Below are positions 1 to 13,772 of a stretch of DNA of 64,000 nt, one piece after another (the stretch's first letter is position 1; each line of letters opens with the position of its first letter). The translations under genes and the position numbers were made by a program. The stretch is from positions 24,859,648 through 24,923,647 of the forward strand of contig NC_092673.1 in NCBI RefSeq assembly GCF_964355755.1, in the 5' to 3' direction. This stretch comes from Antedon mediterranea (lineage: Eukaryota > Animalia > Echinodermata). Below the pieces are notes generated by a model. The model was not told where the DNA came from, searched no databases, and worked only from the letters and a program-made list of their open reading frames with translations.

Positions 1-59
1 TTACTACTAATGGCATATATGCACTTTCAAATAAAACATGTACCACTGCTTTTCTTGAT

Positions 60-320
60 GTTAACTCCTCAATCACAATGCTTCTCCCCTATGGGGATCA
101 CGTCATGTGGCTGTGTAAAGCTAGTACATCCTACCGGGGTAACCCCCTACTCGTCTCGAATGGTGTACTGGTTCTTTAACGTGCACATGATAATGTTGTG
201 TACACTGGACCAAGTCAATCTAGATTGTCTTGACTGGACCCACGGTAATAATCCGATAAGAATTGCTCTACCACAAGAACCATGGAACAAGTGAGCCTCA
301 AACCCTTGCCATAAGGCTTT
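60..320 (-). mobile_element. Degenerate SINE copy (same family as 29585-29960)
   Basis: Contains gtactggttctttaacgtgcacatgataatgttgtgtacac and ggtaacccctactcgtctcga, reverse complements of the body of the SINE-like element at 29.6-29.9 kb. Confidence 0.5.
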
Positions 321-1265
321 ATAAATGGATATTTCCCCGCATTTGTTTCCTTAATAATGGTACGTACATTATTAATTAGTTAAATGAATAGAGTTTATAG
401 TACACATTTATCTGTAGACCATGGTCTAGTCAGTTTTATGACTTGAAGAATGGGGCTTATACTACCTTTCACTCTTCTCTGACCTACATTATGTCTTTAT
501 CCAGAGAAATGAATGTCGTCATAGTGTACCATCTATTACGCTATGACATTCAAAATACACACGTGAATAAATGCAATATAATTTAGGTTAAGATCGATTG
601 TTAAGTTTACATTTATATATTTCAAAACGTTATAAATAATAACCAAACCCTGCTGGAAATGTCATGGAATATAGACATAGGACAATTATATTATTCAAAG
701 GTAAAAAATAATGATATAATGTTCACATACGTTACGTGTAATGAGGTGCGTTCAAAAGTTGTTATTAAGTTGCTAGGCCAGGCGATTAATTGATTCTTTA
801 CTCTAAGCCTCCGGCTTTGGAAAATATATTGAAAAGTCTCTAAGCTCGGCAAGTCGTATATCAAATTAGCCATGAACACTAGATTCGTAAGCAATATTGA
901 TAAACAAATGTAGGCCCTACTAAACATTACATTTACGTAGCAAGTTAAAGATCGTAGTAAGTAAACCGCTCGTTAGTTTAACTTCTTTATTTAAAATATC
1001 GTTGACAGGCGAAGATAATAAACAAAGCAACGAACATTTTTTTCCCTTGATTCAATAAAATTAACCAAAAAATATGAGGGAGGGGGGGGGGGGGGAGGCG
1101 CCGTTTCAACATCATACATGTATATAGTATCTTTTTTTGTATAATAAAGTGTCTTTGAAATATAAATTATGCGAAAGAAAATTTAAAAAAGATATATTAG
1201 GGGACGCTTAGGTCATGGGGTTAGGAGGTGAGCATCTTGGGAAGGTGGAACGAAAGCGTACATAC

Positions 1266-2063
1266 TTTTTAGTCGCGTGGAAGCGACTCTATAGTTCACT
1301 AAGTCGGTCGGTCGGTCGGTCTGTCTGTCTGTCTGTCTGTCTGTCGGTCTGTCTGTCTGTCGGTCTGTCTGTCGGTCTGTCTGTCGGTCTGTCTGTCTGT
1401 CTGTCGGTCCGGTATCACTATGCGTTTTATCGCTTTCTGACCTTATCTTGATATCAGTTTAATCTAGCTAGGTCAATTTTTCACAGTATATTCCTTATGG
1501 CCAGGAATCAATGTGGTTATGTTTTCACGGTGCGCAATAAAAAATTACGCGGTCTACGCACGATTTAACGAAATCACGTTTGTAATCATATCTTCACAAC
1601 CATGAATCACAATTAAATAGAATTTGGTACTCATAAATTTCAGGGCATAAAATATCATCATATGGCAATACAATTACGTGCGTAGCGCATGTAACGCATG
1701 CGTACGCGCGCTTAACATTTTCAAAATTTATTTTCGATGAAATAAGAGTACATTTCAGGCAATTTTAAGCGTTTACAAAATTGCCATGAGTGCGCATATT
1801 TTTGCGCGCGCACTGCGCGTTAAATGTTATTGCGCACTCTTTTTGCCCGATTTCTGTTTTCTTGACTTACTTTTCAACTCGAAATTACGTTATACGAGCA
1901 CGTCGAAATTGACAGGCTACGCACGTGTAAATTAAAAAAATATAACTGTTTTTAAACATTTCAACATTTTTAAACATGTTCAGTAATTTCGGTCAGTTGG
2001 TAGGTTGGTCGGTCGGTCGGTAAACACTAAGCACACGACTGCAGCCATCTATATGGCCTTGTT
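1266..2063 (+). mobile_element. Non-autonomous Helentron/DINE-1-like element (HINE), copy 1
   Basis: Starts in a T-run with agtcgcgtg; (GTCT/GTCG)n microsatellite; subterminal inverted copy cacacgact near the 3' end followed by hairpin gccatctatatggc and TT; near-identical to 2692-3532. Confidence 0.7.
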
Positions 2064-2691
2064 TCATAATGTCTCTGTTAGTAGGATAACGTCAAAACTA
2101 AATGACGGAATTTTACCAAATTTCAACCACTACTAGGTATGTGGTCTCGGATTAAATTGAAAATCTCAATTCTGAACGACTTTTTATTTTATTAATTCTT
2201 GACCATACGTCAAAACTACAATACGATTCTTGATAGTTTTCTCTTTTCACTCCTAGCGGCTGTTGCAACTCCCTAGTTTCATTGTTTTTATAAAACAATA
2301 ATTCGGCTCATTTTTATGTGGAACTATTTGCAATTATATGTACAATATTTTAATATAATTATTGTATTTACAGTTATTTGCATATAAATGTTTCAATATC
2401 TTGCGCTAGACATCAAACAGAATAATGTTGTGTATTACTTTTGATAAGTTATAAACCTGCAACAATAACAATTATTTGCCCTTTTTATAACCAGTCTATG
2501 GTAACGGTATTGCTTTCAGTTTCTTCGATACTATATCTATTTGTATTTGAAACTAGATATGTGAATATATTTTAATAATTAAATTATGTTTTCAATCTCA
2601 ATTTTTCTCTTAATTTATACTTCATTCTGTTATGAGTTAAAGTTTAATTTTCAACAACGTATGCAATTCAAATGCATAGTTTTGTTTATTA

Positions 2692-3532
2692 TTTTAGTCG
2701 CGTGGAAGCGACTCTATAGTTCACTAAGTCGGTCGGTCGGTCTGTCTGTCTGTCTGTCTGTCTGTCGGTCTGTCTGTCTGTCTGTCGGTCTGTCTGTCTG
2801 TCGGTCTGTCTGTCTGTCTGTCGGTCCGGTATCACTATGCGTTTTGTCGCTTTATGACCTTATCTTGATATCAGTTTAATCTAGCTAAGTCAATTTTTCA
2901 CAGAATATTCCTTATGGCCAGGAATCGATGTGGTTATGTTTTCACGGTGCGCAATAAAAAATTACGCGGTCTACGCACGATTTAACGAAATCACGTTTGT
3001 AATCATATCTTAACAACCATGAATCACAATTAAAAAAAATTTGGTACTCATAAATTTCAGGGCATAAATCATCATATGGCAATACAATTACGTGCGTAGC
3101 GCATGTAACGCATGCGTACGCGCGCTTAAAATTTTCAAAATTTATTTTCGATGAAATAAGAGTACGTTTCAGGCAATTTTAAGCGTTTACAAAATTGCCA
3201 TGAGTGCGCAGATTTTTGCGCGCGCACTGCGCGTTAAATGTTATTGCGCACACTTTTTGCCCGATTTCTGTTTTCTTGACTTAATTTTCAACTCGAAATT
3301 ACGTTATACGAGCACGTCAAATGTGACAGGCTACGCACGTGTAAATTAAAAAAATATAAATGTTTTTAAACATTTCAACATTTTTAAACATGTTCAGTAA
3401 TTTCGGTCAGTATAGTTCACTATGTCGGTCGGTCCGTCTGTCTGTCGGTCTGTCTGTCTGTCAGTCTGTTTGTCTGTCGGTCCGGTATCACTATGCATTG
3501 TAGCACGCGACTTAATGGCTGTTGGCCTTGTT
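2692..3532 (+). mobile_element. Non-autonomous Helentron/DINE-1-like element (HINE), copy 2
   Basis: 5' agtcgcgtg / 3' subterminal cacgcgact inverted repeat, GTCY microsatellites, ends ggccttgtt; a 3'-end fragment of the family also lies at about 48755-48850. Confidence 0.7.
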
Positions 3533-6174
3533 CTGAGATATATTTGGAAAACAAATTCACCGAGGCTTACTAAGTAACTCCTAATTTGGGACTCCTTTAT
3601 TAAGAGGACACTTGGGTAGGCACCTACAGAATGTGCTCTAGCTTCTACTGTGTATGCACTATAATTATTACGGAGAGCGAGGATCCAAGACAAATAATTG
3701 CTAATTTCTTGATAAAAACAGAAGATTAAATGAAATGAAAAGACTTAAGATGATGAAACTAATAATAGAAACGGGAGTTATACTTTTGCAAGGTTGATTA
3801 AAATTTAAGGTATTCATTCGTTCAGAAGATGAATAATAAATCCTCTGCAATGATTATAGTTACATGTGGATCAACTAGATTTAGAATTTATTTATCTGCA
3901 TTTCATTGTATTTTCCTTGGCCTAACTTTAGTAAAGAGGTCAGTAATGCAACCATTTTTTTTAAGTCACATAAAAAAAAATGCAGTAAAATCATTTGGAT
4001 ACACATGGTTATCGCCAGCAAATAATGACCATCCTATCCTAAAAAAGTAATGCAGTCTAATTGTTCATTGAGAGTATTATACCACTAAAGAGATATAGGC
4101 TACAGAAGCTATCTCCACCCTGAATCAAATGGCTTTACGACTTTATCGGAACCTCAAACTGTACAGCATTCAGTGTAATGTAAATTACTATCACTTTAAA
4201 TTCAAAACCGACCAAAACTATTTTGACCCAGAGAAAAATTTACTGGTTCAAGTAATAGTAGTAGTAGTAGTAGTAGTAGTTCATGTGTATTCAAAACGAG
4301 AGAAGTACAACCGAAAAAAATTAAATATTTAAAAGATTGACATTGTTTCGGCCCCTTACTTGCTAACGATTGTACCGAGACTTGTCAAAATCACCTTTGA
4401 CTTGGAGTAAAATTGATTCGACTGCCTCTTTGATAGCCTATATGCGTAAATGATACTTTGAATTTACGTTTAACATGACGATATTTGTGTGTGTAAAGAC
4501 TCACAATGTTGCCGCCTTCAATTATGCATCATTTAGATCTTTGGGGATTTATGTGTCCTTTTACCGATCTTTAGAAATGCTCGTTTAAGCTGACTTTCAC
4601 AAATGTAGCAAGCGTCCTCGTAAACCTTTGTCAAACCATGCTAAAAACTTATACAAGAAATTATGACACAGTGTAAAACTAATAGAAACATTGATAACAT
4701 ATTGAACTGTTTTATTGATAATACATCGTTCGTGCTCAGTGTTTGACCCCGAGGACTACATTTGGTCAAAAATGTAAATATATAAATAAGGTTTAGGTTA
4801 ACTTAACTTAAAATGTACACTAGTTTATGTATTATTCGAAAAGGTCAATGAGTAATATGTTGCATACTTTTCAAATCAAACTAGAAAAACGTGAAAGAAT
4901 AAAGCGAAATATGTATAATAACTTTATGCTTATGATAGCTGTGAAATGCGTTTTATTGCGCATTTATTAGCGTTTCTAGTATTTTGTATAACCCTTTCCA
5001 CAATTTGTCCATTTTCAGAATGGTTTGTTATTGTGTGTTAACATCCCATTCTTGATTTGTTTCATCCAGTTATTTTTTTGGTCTTTCTGTTTTTCGTTTT
5101 ACTTTGTTTTTAGTTTTCTTCATTTGTTTGATTGAATTATGTATTCATTACCATTGTAGTCCGCTTCGTTTTAATTGTGTTACTCTATATTCCTCTTGAT
5201 TGATTTAATTGATTGATTGATTGATTTTTTTAAAAGTAGCATTTAATGCGTATAACGTTGATCGATATGTAACTTTAAATAGTATGCCTACAGGATAAAA
5301 GTGATATAAAAAAGCTACAGTTATTTATTGAGGCCCCCATCTATACTCTGATTACCTTGAACTACGTCAGTACAGTAGTACTTTCGATAGGCCTACAATA
5401 GGCACTCGTCTACTATAGCGGGTATTTTTTTCATTAGGCATACGTGCAAACAAGGTGAATGTTGTTGACGCAAGGACCTAACCCGTACTCATTCATGTAT
5501 TTATGTATTAAGATAGATTTTGGTGATATGAATTAGTGTGAGGTTGCAGAATTGGCATTTTAAATTCAGTTTTAGATGACAGCCATGAGGAGAACGTTAA
5601 GGTATAAGCCGTACATAATTAAAATTTACAGATGTCTGGTAAAGATTCACCTCTCCGTGATGATCATGCACACACAAAACCGAACCTTTTATTTAAAAAA
5701 CAAAAATGAATGGATATTTTGGTTGTTATTTAAATCATTGAAACAACTGATTGAACGCAATTGTGCATAGCTTTTACTATTTTTCTATAGTCTCACTTTA
5801 ACCGAGCCGCTATTCTCTACAGATGATCAAGAGGTAGTTGTCGCCCTTTAGATAAATCTAAAATACATTTGTGAAATTAAACATGCATATCGCCCTCTAG
5901 GCAAACTTTTCTCAAATTCAATTTTCTTCATAGTTCTTCTAGTAGCTCACTTTATCCGAACCGCTAATTCTCCACTTATCAAGAGGTAGTTGTCGCCCTC
6001 TAGATAAAATCTAAAATACATTTGTGAAATTAAAGATGCTTATCGCTCTAAACAAACTTTACTCAAATACAACCCAACACCAACACCAACACCTTAACAC
6101 CACCACTACTACAGTAGTTACAATTTAAGTATTAGCAGTAACCTATAGATGTTGACGAATGTGTTACGAACACA

Positions 6175-6230
6175 ACATTGACAATAAATGCATTCACAGT
6201 AATAGATTAACATTTATTTCGTCCACAAAT
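6175..6230 (-). terminator. Conserved polyadenylation block (AATAAA at 6213-6218), representative copy
   Basis: Plus-strand aacattgacaata..cacagt..catttattttgttcaca recurs 3' of most paralogs (about 8671, 23389, 28375, 35172, 37746, 43852, 46653, 51830). Confidence 0.55.
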
Positions 6231-6550
6231 ATAACAACAACATTATAAAAATATAGAAAATACCGTATTAATATTATTAATTCACGATATGATTACCATA
6301 TTTCAATATATTCATAATTTATAATACATTTTGTTATGCCGACAAAACATTAGGTAAAGCAAGCGATTGGAATGACTAAAACAGCCAAGCAATTGATAGA
6401 AATTAAAAGGAACGAATAAAAACTATAATGATATCGTTTATACTATTTTGGGTTTACACATACGGTAATTCCAGTATCTGCAGTTTAGTGGCCTAGCCTC
6501 TGTTGCTGCAACGTTACATTCGAATACGTCGTATATTTAGGGCTTTTTTT

Positions 6551-7649
6551 TTAAGGACATGGTGCGACTGAAAATAAAAAGAAAAAAAACGATTCAATGA
6601 ACATTCTAAATAAAATAAAACTCCATCAACCGAAAAATCAATTTTTTTAAAGCTATTTTAATAACATTATGATTAATAAAGATATCACTTCAAATCAATG
6701 CATTCAGTCAAATAGAAACAACATTCTTAAATATCATCATTATTGTTTTTCTCACAAATATATTCAAAAGTTATTAAATAATATTACAGGAATTAACCGA
6801 TGTTCAATCATCAATCAATTAACTTAAGTGTTAAACGTAAACGAAAAACTATATACATCTTACCATAAGGGCAACCTCTTTTTCCCTTCTTCTTCTCTAT
6901 TTTCTTCTCTGTTTCCTTTTTTTGGTTCTCTATTTCCTTTTTTTGCTTCTCTATTTCACTTTCTTTCTCGTCTTTGTAATTCAATAAACATCCCATTAGT
7001 TTTCTTGAAGCCAGTATTTCCCAAACAGGATAACAGACATCTTTCATTTCAACATCTAAAAAAAAATTATATCTACTATACAAGAATTCCATTTGATTAG
7101 ATTAATTAATTCGTTTTACCCCGGAAAAGATGTATCGTTCACAACGAACTCGGATATTCCGGTTCGGAGACCAGAAAAAGAAGCAACATTGGTTTAGTGT
7201 TCCAGATTCCGTACGGATGGATTTGAAACGGTGCACGATTTCGGATCCAATGGTCGAAAGCTATTTAATCGCACTGAAATTAACTTCTACCCAACCATAG
7301 AAAACAAAATAATCTACTATAAAATATTACCTTTACCTTCTTTTAAAAATATATTTAACTAATATGAACTTTTAAAACCAATGTGAAACTATGCAACACG
7401 AAAACAAAACTCTCACGAAACTCTCATCGGGTCGTTCCAGACGCATGTGGGTACTGGATTAGATTTACTGATTAAATAGGGGTATCTTAACATTTTATCA
7501 TCAGACATTGTCTAACCATTCAAAGAACAAAAGTAAATTTAAATATATTTACCATTATTATGTATCTGGACGTTGTTGAAAATTCCAAAAGCATAACAAC
7601 CGTTGATCATCAGCGACAAAAGAGCAAATGCAATCATTCTGGTCCTCAT
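6551..7649 (-). CDS. Secreted cyclic-peptide precursor, paralog A (101 aa); predicted mature GCPYVAPCP
   Basis: Exons 7649-7553, 7055-6864, 6567-6551; GT-AG, phase 1/1. MRTRMIAFALLSLMINGCYAFGIFNNVQIHNN / DVEMKDVCYPVWEILASRKLMGCLLNYKDEKESEIEKQKKEIENQKKETEKKIEKKKGKRGCPY / VAPCP*. Confidence 0.85.
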
Positions 7650-7915
7650 TTTAGTTGATTTACACAGCAATACACAATGTAGAATAAAGTAAACTTCTCA
7701 GTTGAAGCAATACTCTGGAAATGGTCAGTTTCACTCAAACTTTACTTGTTATAACAACATCTTCAAATGATAATAATGTATAATTTAAACGAACGGAATA
7801 ATGCCACGTGATGTCTAAGTGCGTTTCTTCATAAAGTACATATATTATTTATTATTATATCATCATGATAATGGTCTATTCTATTATTAATAATTAGGAA
7901 ATCCGTTTTACAAAT
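7650..7915 (-). promoter_or_regulatory. Conserved 5'UTR/promoter block of the peptide family with CACGTG E-box (representative copy)
   Basis: The same ordered motifs lie upstream of nearly every ATG. CACGTG at 7805, 27040, 31055, 34566, 37016, 41714, 45143, 48259, 53007 and 60537; CACATG at 50244. Confidence 0.6.
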
Positions 7916-8279
7916 TTCTCAAACCGAAATTAGAGTAAAATAACGCAATCAACGTATAGTTTGTCCGAACGATGGCACATATTTTTTTCGACAATTCCAG
8001 CTGTCCTAACCAAAATTACGACATGGAACCGGGGCTGATTAAAAAAAAAGACAACAGGTTATCAAAATACTGAAAAAGTAATATGTTTGCTTCCATTACA
8101 CAATGTTGCACAGCGCCTTAAGGTTGATTCCCATTTGAACGTAACGCAACGACGTAGGCGCAACGCAAGCGAATTGACCAATCACAAGCGACAGTTCGGA
8201 TGGCCCATCGATAAGTTTTGTCCGGTTTATTATTCCAAATGTATTATCACGAACTGCAATTAGTAAAACCATGAACAAT

Positions 8280-8555
8280 ACTATCAACACCAACACTTTC
8301 ACCACCAACATCATCATCACCTACACCATCATCACCATCATCACCAACACCATCATCACCACCATCACCACCATCACCACCACCATCACCACCAATACAA
8401 ACAACACCATCATCACCACCAATACCAACAACACCATCATCACCACCATCACCACCATCACCACCAATACCAACAACACCATCATCAACACCATCACCAA
8501 CAACAACAACACCATCATTCATCACCACCACCAATACCACCATCAACACCATCAC
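8280..8555. repeat. (CAC/CAT/CAA)n low-complexity trinucleotide tract
   Basis: Direct reading; similar tracts at 16130-16478, 22920-23072, 23497-23648, 27930-28290 and 31265-31400, mostly just beyond the poly(A) block of a paralog. Confidence 0.9.
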
Positions 8556-9139
8556 ATTACAGTAGTTACAATTTAACTATTAGCATGGACTGCTGACCAG
8601 TGTGTTTGTCTTACGAGCAATCAAACATAGCCTAATTGACAATAAATAAATTCACAGTGAAAAAGTACCATTTATTTTGTTCACACATAATAAGAATTTA
8701 AAATATAGAATTACTAATACAGATAGAATACTAAATAATTACGTTATGTTCAAAAGTACTGTGAACGTACTGCAATCTACTATCAGTTTTACTGCCTCAG
8801 AACATTGAACGTAAAAAAGTCAAAAATATATATTTTTTAAAATTTATATTTTTATAATTTTATATCATGTGAATACAATTCTTTCAGCTTTTGCTTCCTT
8901 TTGAAATAAATAAATAAAATATTTACCGTATACTATTCATAACCCATACATTGATTTTGTTATAGCGACAAAACAGGAAATAAGGCGCGCAAGCAAAACG
9001 GAAAAAAAAACCCAGACAATTGATAGAGATCAAAATAAGCATTATATTATTCGTTTACACGTAATTCCAGTGAGTGTGATACAGAGTGACCTATGATGAT
9101 CCTGCAGGGTTACATTCGAATACTTTCTGACAACAGAAT

Positions 9140-11632
9140 TTACTTTTTAGGACAAGGACTTGTTAAGCCTGAAAAATAAACGAAAAATGTATTCAATCAA
9201 CAATAAATATATTGTTAAAGCAATTTTAATAAAAAATTATGGTAAATATAATATAATACAAATATCACATCAAATCTATTATGCATTTATTCAAAATGTT
9301 TCATAATAAGCATTGTTTTTCTCATAAATAATATTCAAAGGTTATTAAATATTGTAGAAATTAACCGATGTTAATTTAACTCATTCTAAAGCTCTGTTTA
9401 CACTATCAAACTTTATGTGACAACAAAATGTGATGTTCCCAAATATAGACATGATGATGATCACTACCATATTTTGGCATATTACTACCATATTTAGGCA
9501 CATCACACTTTTTTGTCAAACTAGTTTGATAGTGTAGACAGAGCTTTAGATTTAACAAATCTTACTTTTTGAGCAAACTGGTTTTTCTCTTTTTGGTTGT
9601 GCTGGTAGTCGGTTTCGTGCTTTCTTCTCTATTTCATTCCTTTCTTCCTGTATTTCGTTTCTTTCTTTCTCCTCTTCGTAATTCAATAAACATCCCATCA
9701 GTGTTCTTGAAGCCAGTATCTCCCAAACAGGATAACAGATATCTTTCTTTCCAACATCTAAAAATCCAATAATAGGCCTATATTTATACGAGAATGCAAT
9801 TTTACTAAATTAAATTATTTAAGGCCGTGTTTCCACAGCAATAACAAGTATTATCTGTTGTTTTTTTAACCAATCAAATAACAAAATAACAAATACAATG
9901 TGCGCATGATAATTTATTACCGAACACCAAACGCTTAATCGCAACTCAACAATTTGTCCTTCACGTCTCCTCCAAAACCACTGAACGGTACGTGCTCACA
10001 TTTGGCACACTGATGTTTATTTAGCGGCCGCACACGATAGGCTGTCATTTTACTGAATTTTATATGTATCAAATAATTAATACACCACGAAAAACACCCA
10101 AATAATATATTTTGGCATTTTATACTTTCATTAGTGTTTGCGTGCATCATCTAATTCACACAGAACAATTTTTCTTTAGCGTTTTTTATTTTCGCGAAGT
10201 CTGAACAGTCAAAAGTAAAGTATAAAGTTCCATATCCAGTATTGCTTTCATTTTTTAGTCTACATATATTACCAAGTGAATGGATTTTGTATAACAAATT
10301 AAAATATAGTAATATATTGATATAATTTGTTTTTATTTTAATAATAGCATATGTCAAAGTACTTTTATCAGAGTGCGCTTTTATTATACTTGCCCATGCA
10401 AAGTATATAACCACCCACATAAGGCAGAAAAAGACCGTGCGGAAGTCAGTTATTATTTATCGATTGGAATCGGCTAAACCCTTTTCACTTTATCGGTTAA
10501 TTATCGTATATTTTTTGTCGGTTAATGTTGGGCTGCGGAAACACGGCCTAATTTGTTCCCGGAAGAAGTGTAACAGTTACCGATAAGCCCGGATTCCGGT
10601 TGGTGACCGGAAAAAAAATTAGTAAAAAATAGGTGCGCAATCGGAACCAACCATGATAACGAAACAATACACTATACATTATTTTCTTTGCCTTCTTAGG
10701 AAAAATATTTTAATAGCAATAGAAATAGGTTTGAACTGTTACAACAAATGCGAAATATTAAAACTCTCAAAAATAAAAAAAAATAAAAATTTATATCAAA
10801 TGAATTTGCTCAAATCAATAGTACTAAGAAGGATTTATTCATCATTATTAGGCATACTTGAATATATTTTTTTTGTAAGTTTATTTCTTTTAGGAATTCT
10901 TTCCGTATAATATTTTGTTTCAAGTAGCTATCAGGTCATACTGATTATGAAGTTGAAGATGAATATCATTTTGTTACAGTTTGCTCTCGTTACAAGGAAA
11001 TCAGAAAAAAATTTATACCTTCTTTATTTTTTGAAAATCCAAATACTTTTAAATTCTGCCGTTTAATGTCATCACAGGATCCAATAATTATTGATAATCT
11101 ATCTAAATATATTTATCATGCTTATAAGTTAAGATATATGTTTTGCTTAGAGAACGAAATTAATTAATTCATTTATCTTGTGACCATAAATTGCTTTATT
11201 TTTCAATGTAATTATTATTTTGTTAATTACTAGGGGCCAGAGGCCTAAAGTAAATAAAGTCAGGCGATAAGCCTGAATGAATGAATGATTAAGATACTAC
11301 CATGCTAGAGCAAAGCCATAAGAACAAACATACATGGAACTGGATTCATGGAGGGAAACCTCTTTGAAAGAACTGATAAATCATAAAACAAATGTTTCTT
11401 TCACTTCAGAAATTAGTCCGCGTCCCATAAGCCCTTTCTATTAAAGAGCTTATCAGATATACTGATTAAATAGAGGTGTACTTAAATATTATGATCAAAC
11501 ATTGTCTAACTAGTAAAAATACAAAATACATTTACCATTATTATGTATCTGGACGTTGTTGAAATTTCCAAATCCAAAACAATCGTTGATCATCAGCGAA
11601 AAAAGAGCAAATGCAATCATTCTGGTCTTCAT
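9140..11632 (-). CDS. Secreted cyclic-peptide precursor, paralog B (105 aa); predicted mature EKPVCSKSLTSPCP(KK)
   Basis: Exons 11632-11536, 9757-9566, 9168-9140. MKTRMIAFALFSLMINDCFGFGNFNNVQIHNN / DVGKKDICYPVWEILASRTLMGCLLNYEEEKERNEIQEERNEIEKKARNRLPAQPKREKPVCSK / SLTSPCPKK*. Confidence 0.85.
9389..9546. mobile_element. MITE family a (about 160 bp) in intron 2 of B
   Basis: TIR aagctctgt(c/t)tacactatcaaact...agtttgatagtgtagacagagctt; other copies at 25010-25166, 33367-33481 and 55446-55541, fragments at about 18726 and 60792. Confidence 0.8.
9822..10549. mobile_element. MITE family c in intron 1 of B
   Basis: TIR aggccgtgtttcc(a/g)cagc...gctgcggaaacacggcct; shorter copy at the same position in D (25454-25748). 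Confidence 0.75.
10935..11290 (+). mobile_element. 3' fragment of a non-LTR retrotransposon
   Basis: Encodes EVEDEYHFVTVCSRYKEIRKKFIP (C-terminal EDExHF..C zinc-knuckle motif of LINE ORF2), followed by AATAAA and a (TGAA)n tail. Confidence 0.65.
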
Positions 11633-12637
11633 TTTAGTTGATGTATAATGCAATACACAAGTGTCGAATAAAGTAAACTTCTCAGTTAAAGCAATACGCT
11701 GGAAATGGTCAGTTTCACTCAAACTTTACTATGTGGAAACAACATCTTCAAATATTAATAATAGGCTAATGTATAATTTAAACGAACGGAATAATGCCAC
11801 GTTGTGTTTAAGCGCGTTTCTTTATAAAGTACATATATTATTTATTATTATACAATCTGTGTCATGATAATTGTCTTTTCTATTATTAATAATTAGAAAA
11901 AACGTATTACAAATTATCAAATCTAAATTAACAATAATGCCGCAATTAGAGTCTTAAATATTTATAGTTGGCATATTATAGTGGCACATACGGTTCCAAG
12001 ATTTCTACCGTAGTTGATTAGTAATATATTGTTAATTTATGAGAACCTACGTCCCTAGCGAACAGTTTTCATTAACAGTTTTATTGTACGTTTCTTTTTA
12101 ATATGAGGTGGCATTTTTTTCTTTTTGCCAAAAGTAATTTTTTCAATATTCATTTCAACATAAAAGAAGTACATAACATGAAATTCAATATTATCATCAA
12201 TTTCTTTTGACTTAATGTAAAATTCTTATGTTTTTAGGTGTGAGGTGGCAATTTACAATTGACGATGGAAGATCGTAACACAACTTTAAAAATACACTAC
12301 ATTTTAGAATGTTTAATCAATTAAAACAGTACTAATGCACAAATTTGAGTGATCGTTATAGAATATTATTATTATTATATTTAATAATGCATTTTAGCAC
12401 ACCCGGTAACTACGATATCCAGTATACATATAAGTGTAATGAAATTGATTATTAATGACATGTCGTTAACAAAAAATGTATGCACGTAAAGCAATAACTA
12501 GCGTCTGAACGGCCATCAACACGTGTGAACGATTATATTTGTTATTCAGGTCCGGGTAAGGATTATATCAGCGCCACCACCTCCTCCGCACCACCAAACC
12601 TCCTCCGCACCACCAAACCTCCTCCATTAACAATATG

Positions 12638-12968
12638 AAATAAGGCAAGCAAAACGAAAAACAACCAAAGAATTGATAGAGATCAAAATGAGCATTATAT
12701 TATTCGTTTACACATAATTTCAGTGAGTGTGATACAGAATGGCCTGTGTTGATCATGCAGTGTTACATTCGAATACTTTCTGATAACGTGAATTTAAGTC
12801 TTTTTCAAACAACAATAAATACATTGTCAAAGCTATTTTAATAAAATGATGGTAAATATATATTACAAATATCACATCAAATTAATTAGGAATTTATTCA
12901 AAAATGTTTTATAATAAGCATTGTTTTTCTCATAAATAATATTCGAAAGTTATTAAATATTGCAGGAA
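12638..12968 (-). pseudogene. Orphan 3'UTR/intron-2 fragment of a B/D-type paralog with the coding part of exon 3 deleted
   Basis: Matches about 8980-9360, but the stop/Cys/acceptor segment is missing. Confidence 0.6.
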
Positions 12969-13772
12969 TAAGGGATTACCTTGAACTACGTCAGTACAGT
13001 ATTACTTTCGATAGGCCTACAATAGGCACTCGTCTACAATAGGCACTCGCCTACTAAGCGGGTATTTTTTTCATTAGGCGTACGTGCAAACAAGGTGAAT
13101 GTTATTGATCCTAGGACCTAACCCGTACTCATTTATGTATTTATGTGTTAAGAGAGATTTTGGTGATATGAATTAGTATAAGGTTGCAGAATTTGCATTT
13201 TCAATTCAGTTTTAGATGACAGCCATGAGGAGAGAGTTAAGGTATAACCCGTACATAATTATGATATACAGATGCCTGAAAATAGGCCTATATCAGCTAG
13301 ATAAAGATTCACTTCTCCGTGATGACCATGCACACACAAAACCGAACCTTTTATTTAAAAAAACAAAAATAAATGGATATTTTGGTTGTTATGTTTATTT
13401 TTTGTTGTTGCGCGCCGAAATCGTTGAAACAACTGATTGGACGCAATTGTGCATAGCTTTTATTATTATTTTTCTATAGTAGCTTACTTTATCCGAGCTT
13501 CTACCGTAATTTTTTTTTTCCAGGACGAACGTGGACAATTTACATGAATGGGCGTGGCTTAACTCCCCCCCCCCCCCTTTAACTACTCTCGCGCATGCGC
13601 GTATTGTCTACTTTCAGCAGAGAGAGTATGCAGAGAGATTAAATCATTTTTGTTAACAGCGTTCGCCAACCGAAATGTTTGGTCTAGGTAAAGGCGTTAA
13701 CCTATTACACTGGAGCCCTTTAAGGTCTTTCAAGAACATGTTTTTTAAATAGTTGAGAGAGATTATTTATAT

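Noticed and set aside
1215-3693. ORFs with SVCL/TDRQ repeats
   Set aside because: Derived from the GTCT microsatellite of the HINE-like elements
6811-7092. Single-exon ORF calls over exon 2 (also 25172, 29253, 33810, 40827, 59485)
   Set aside because: Similarity starts exactly at an AG acceptor and stops at a GT donor; the flanking codons are intronic
6828-7100. Plus-strand Phe/Ser-rich ORFs recurring at 6828, 9569, 25204, 29246 and 40898
   Set aside because: Antisense shadows of the purine-rich exon 2; splice signals, signal peptide and Cys conservation all support the minus strand
8096-8576. Thr/His/Val/Gly-rich ORFs here and at 16228, 22772-23882, 27873 and 31202
   Set aside because: Translations of trinucleotide low-complexity tracts that are open in several frames on both strands
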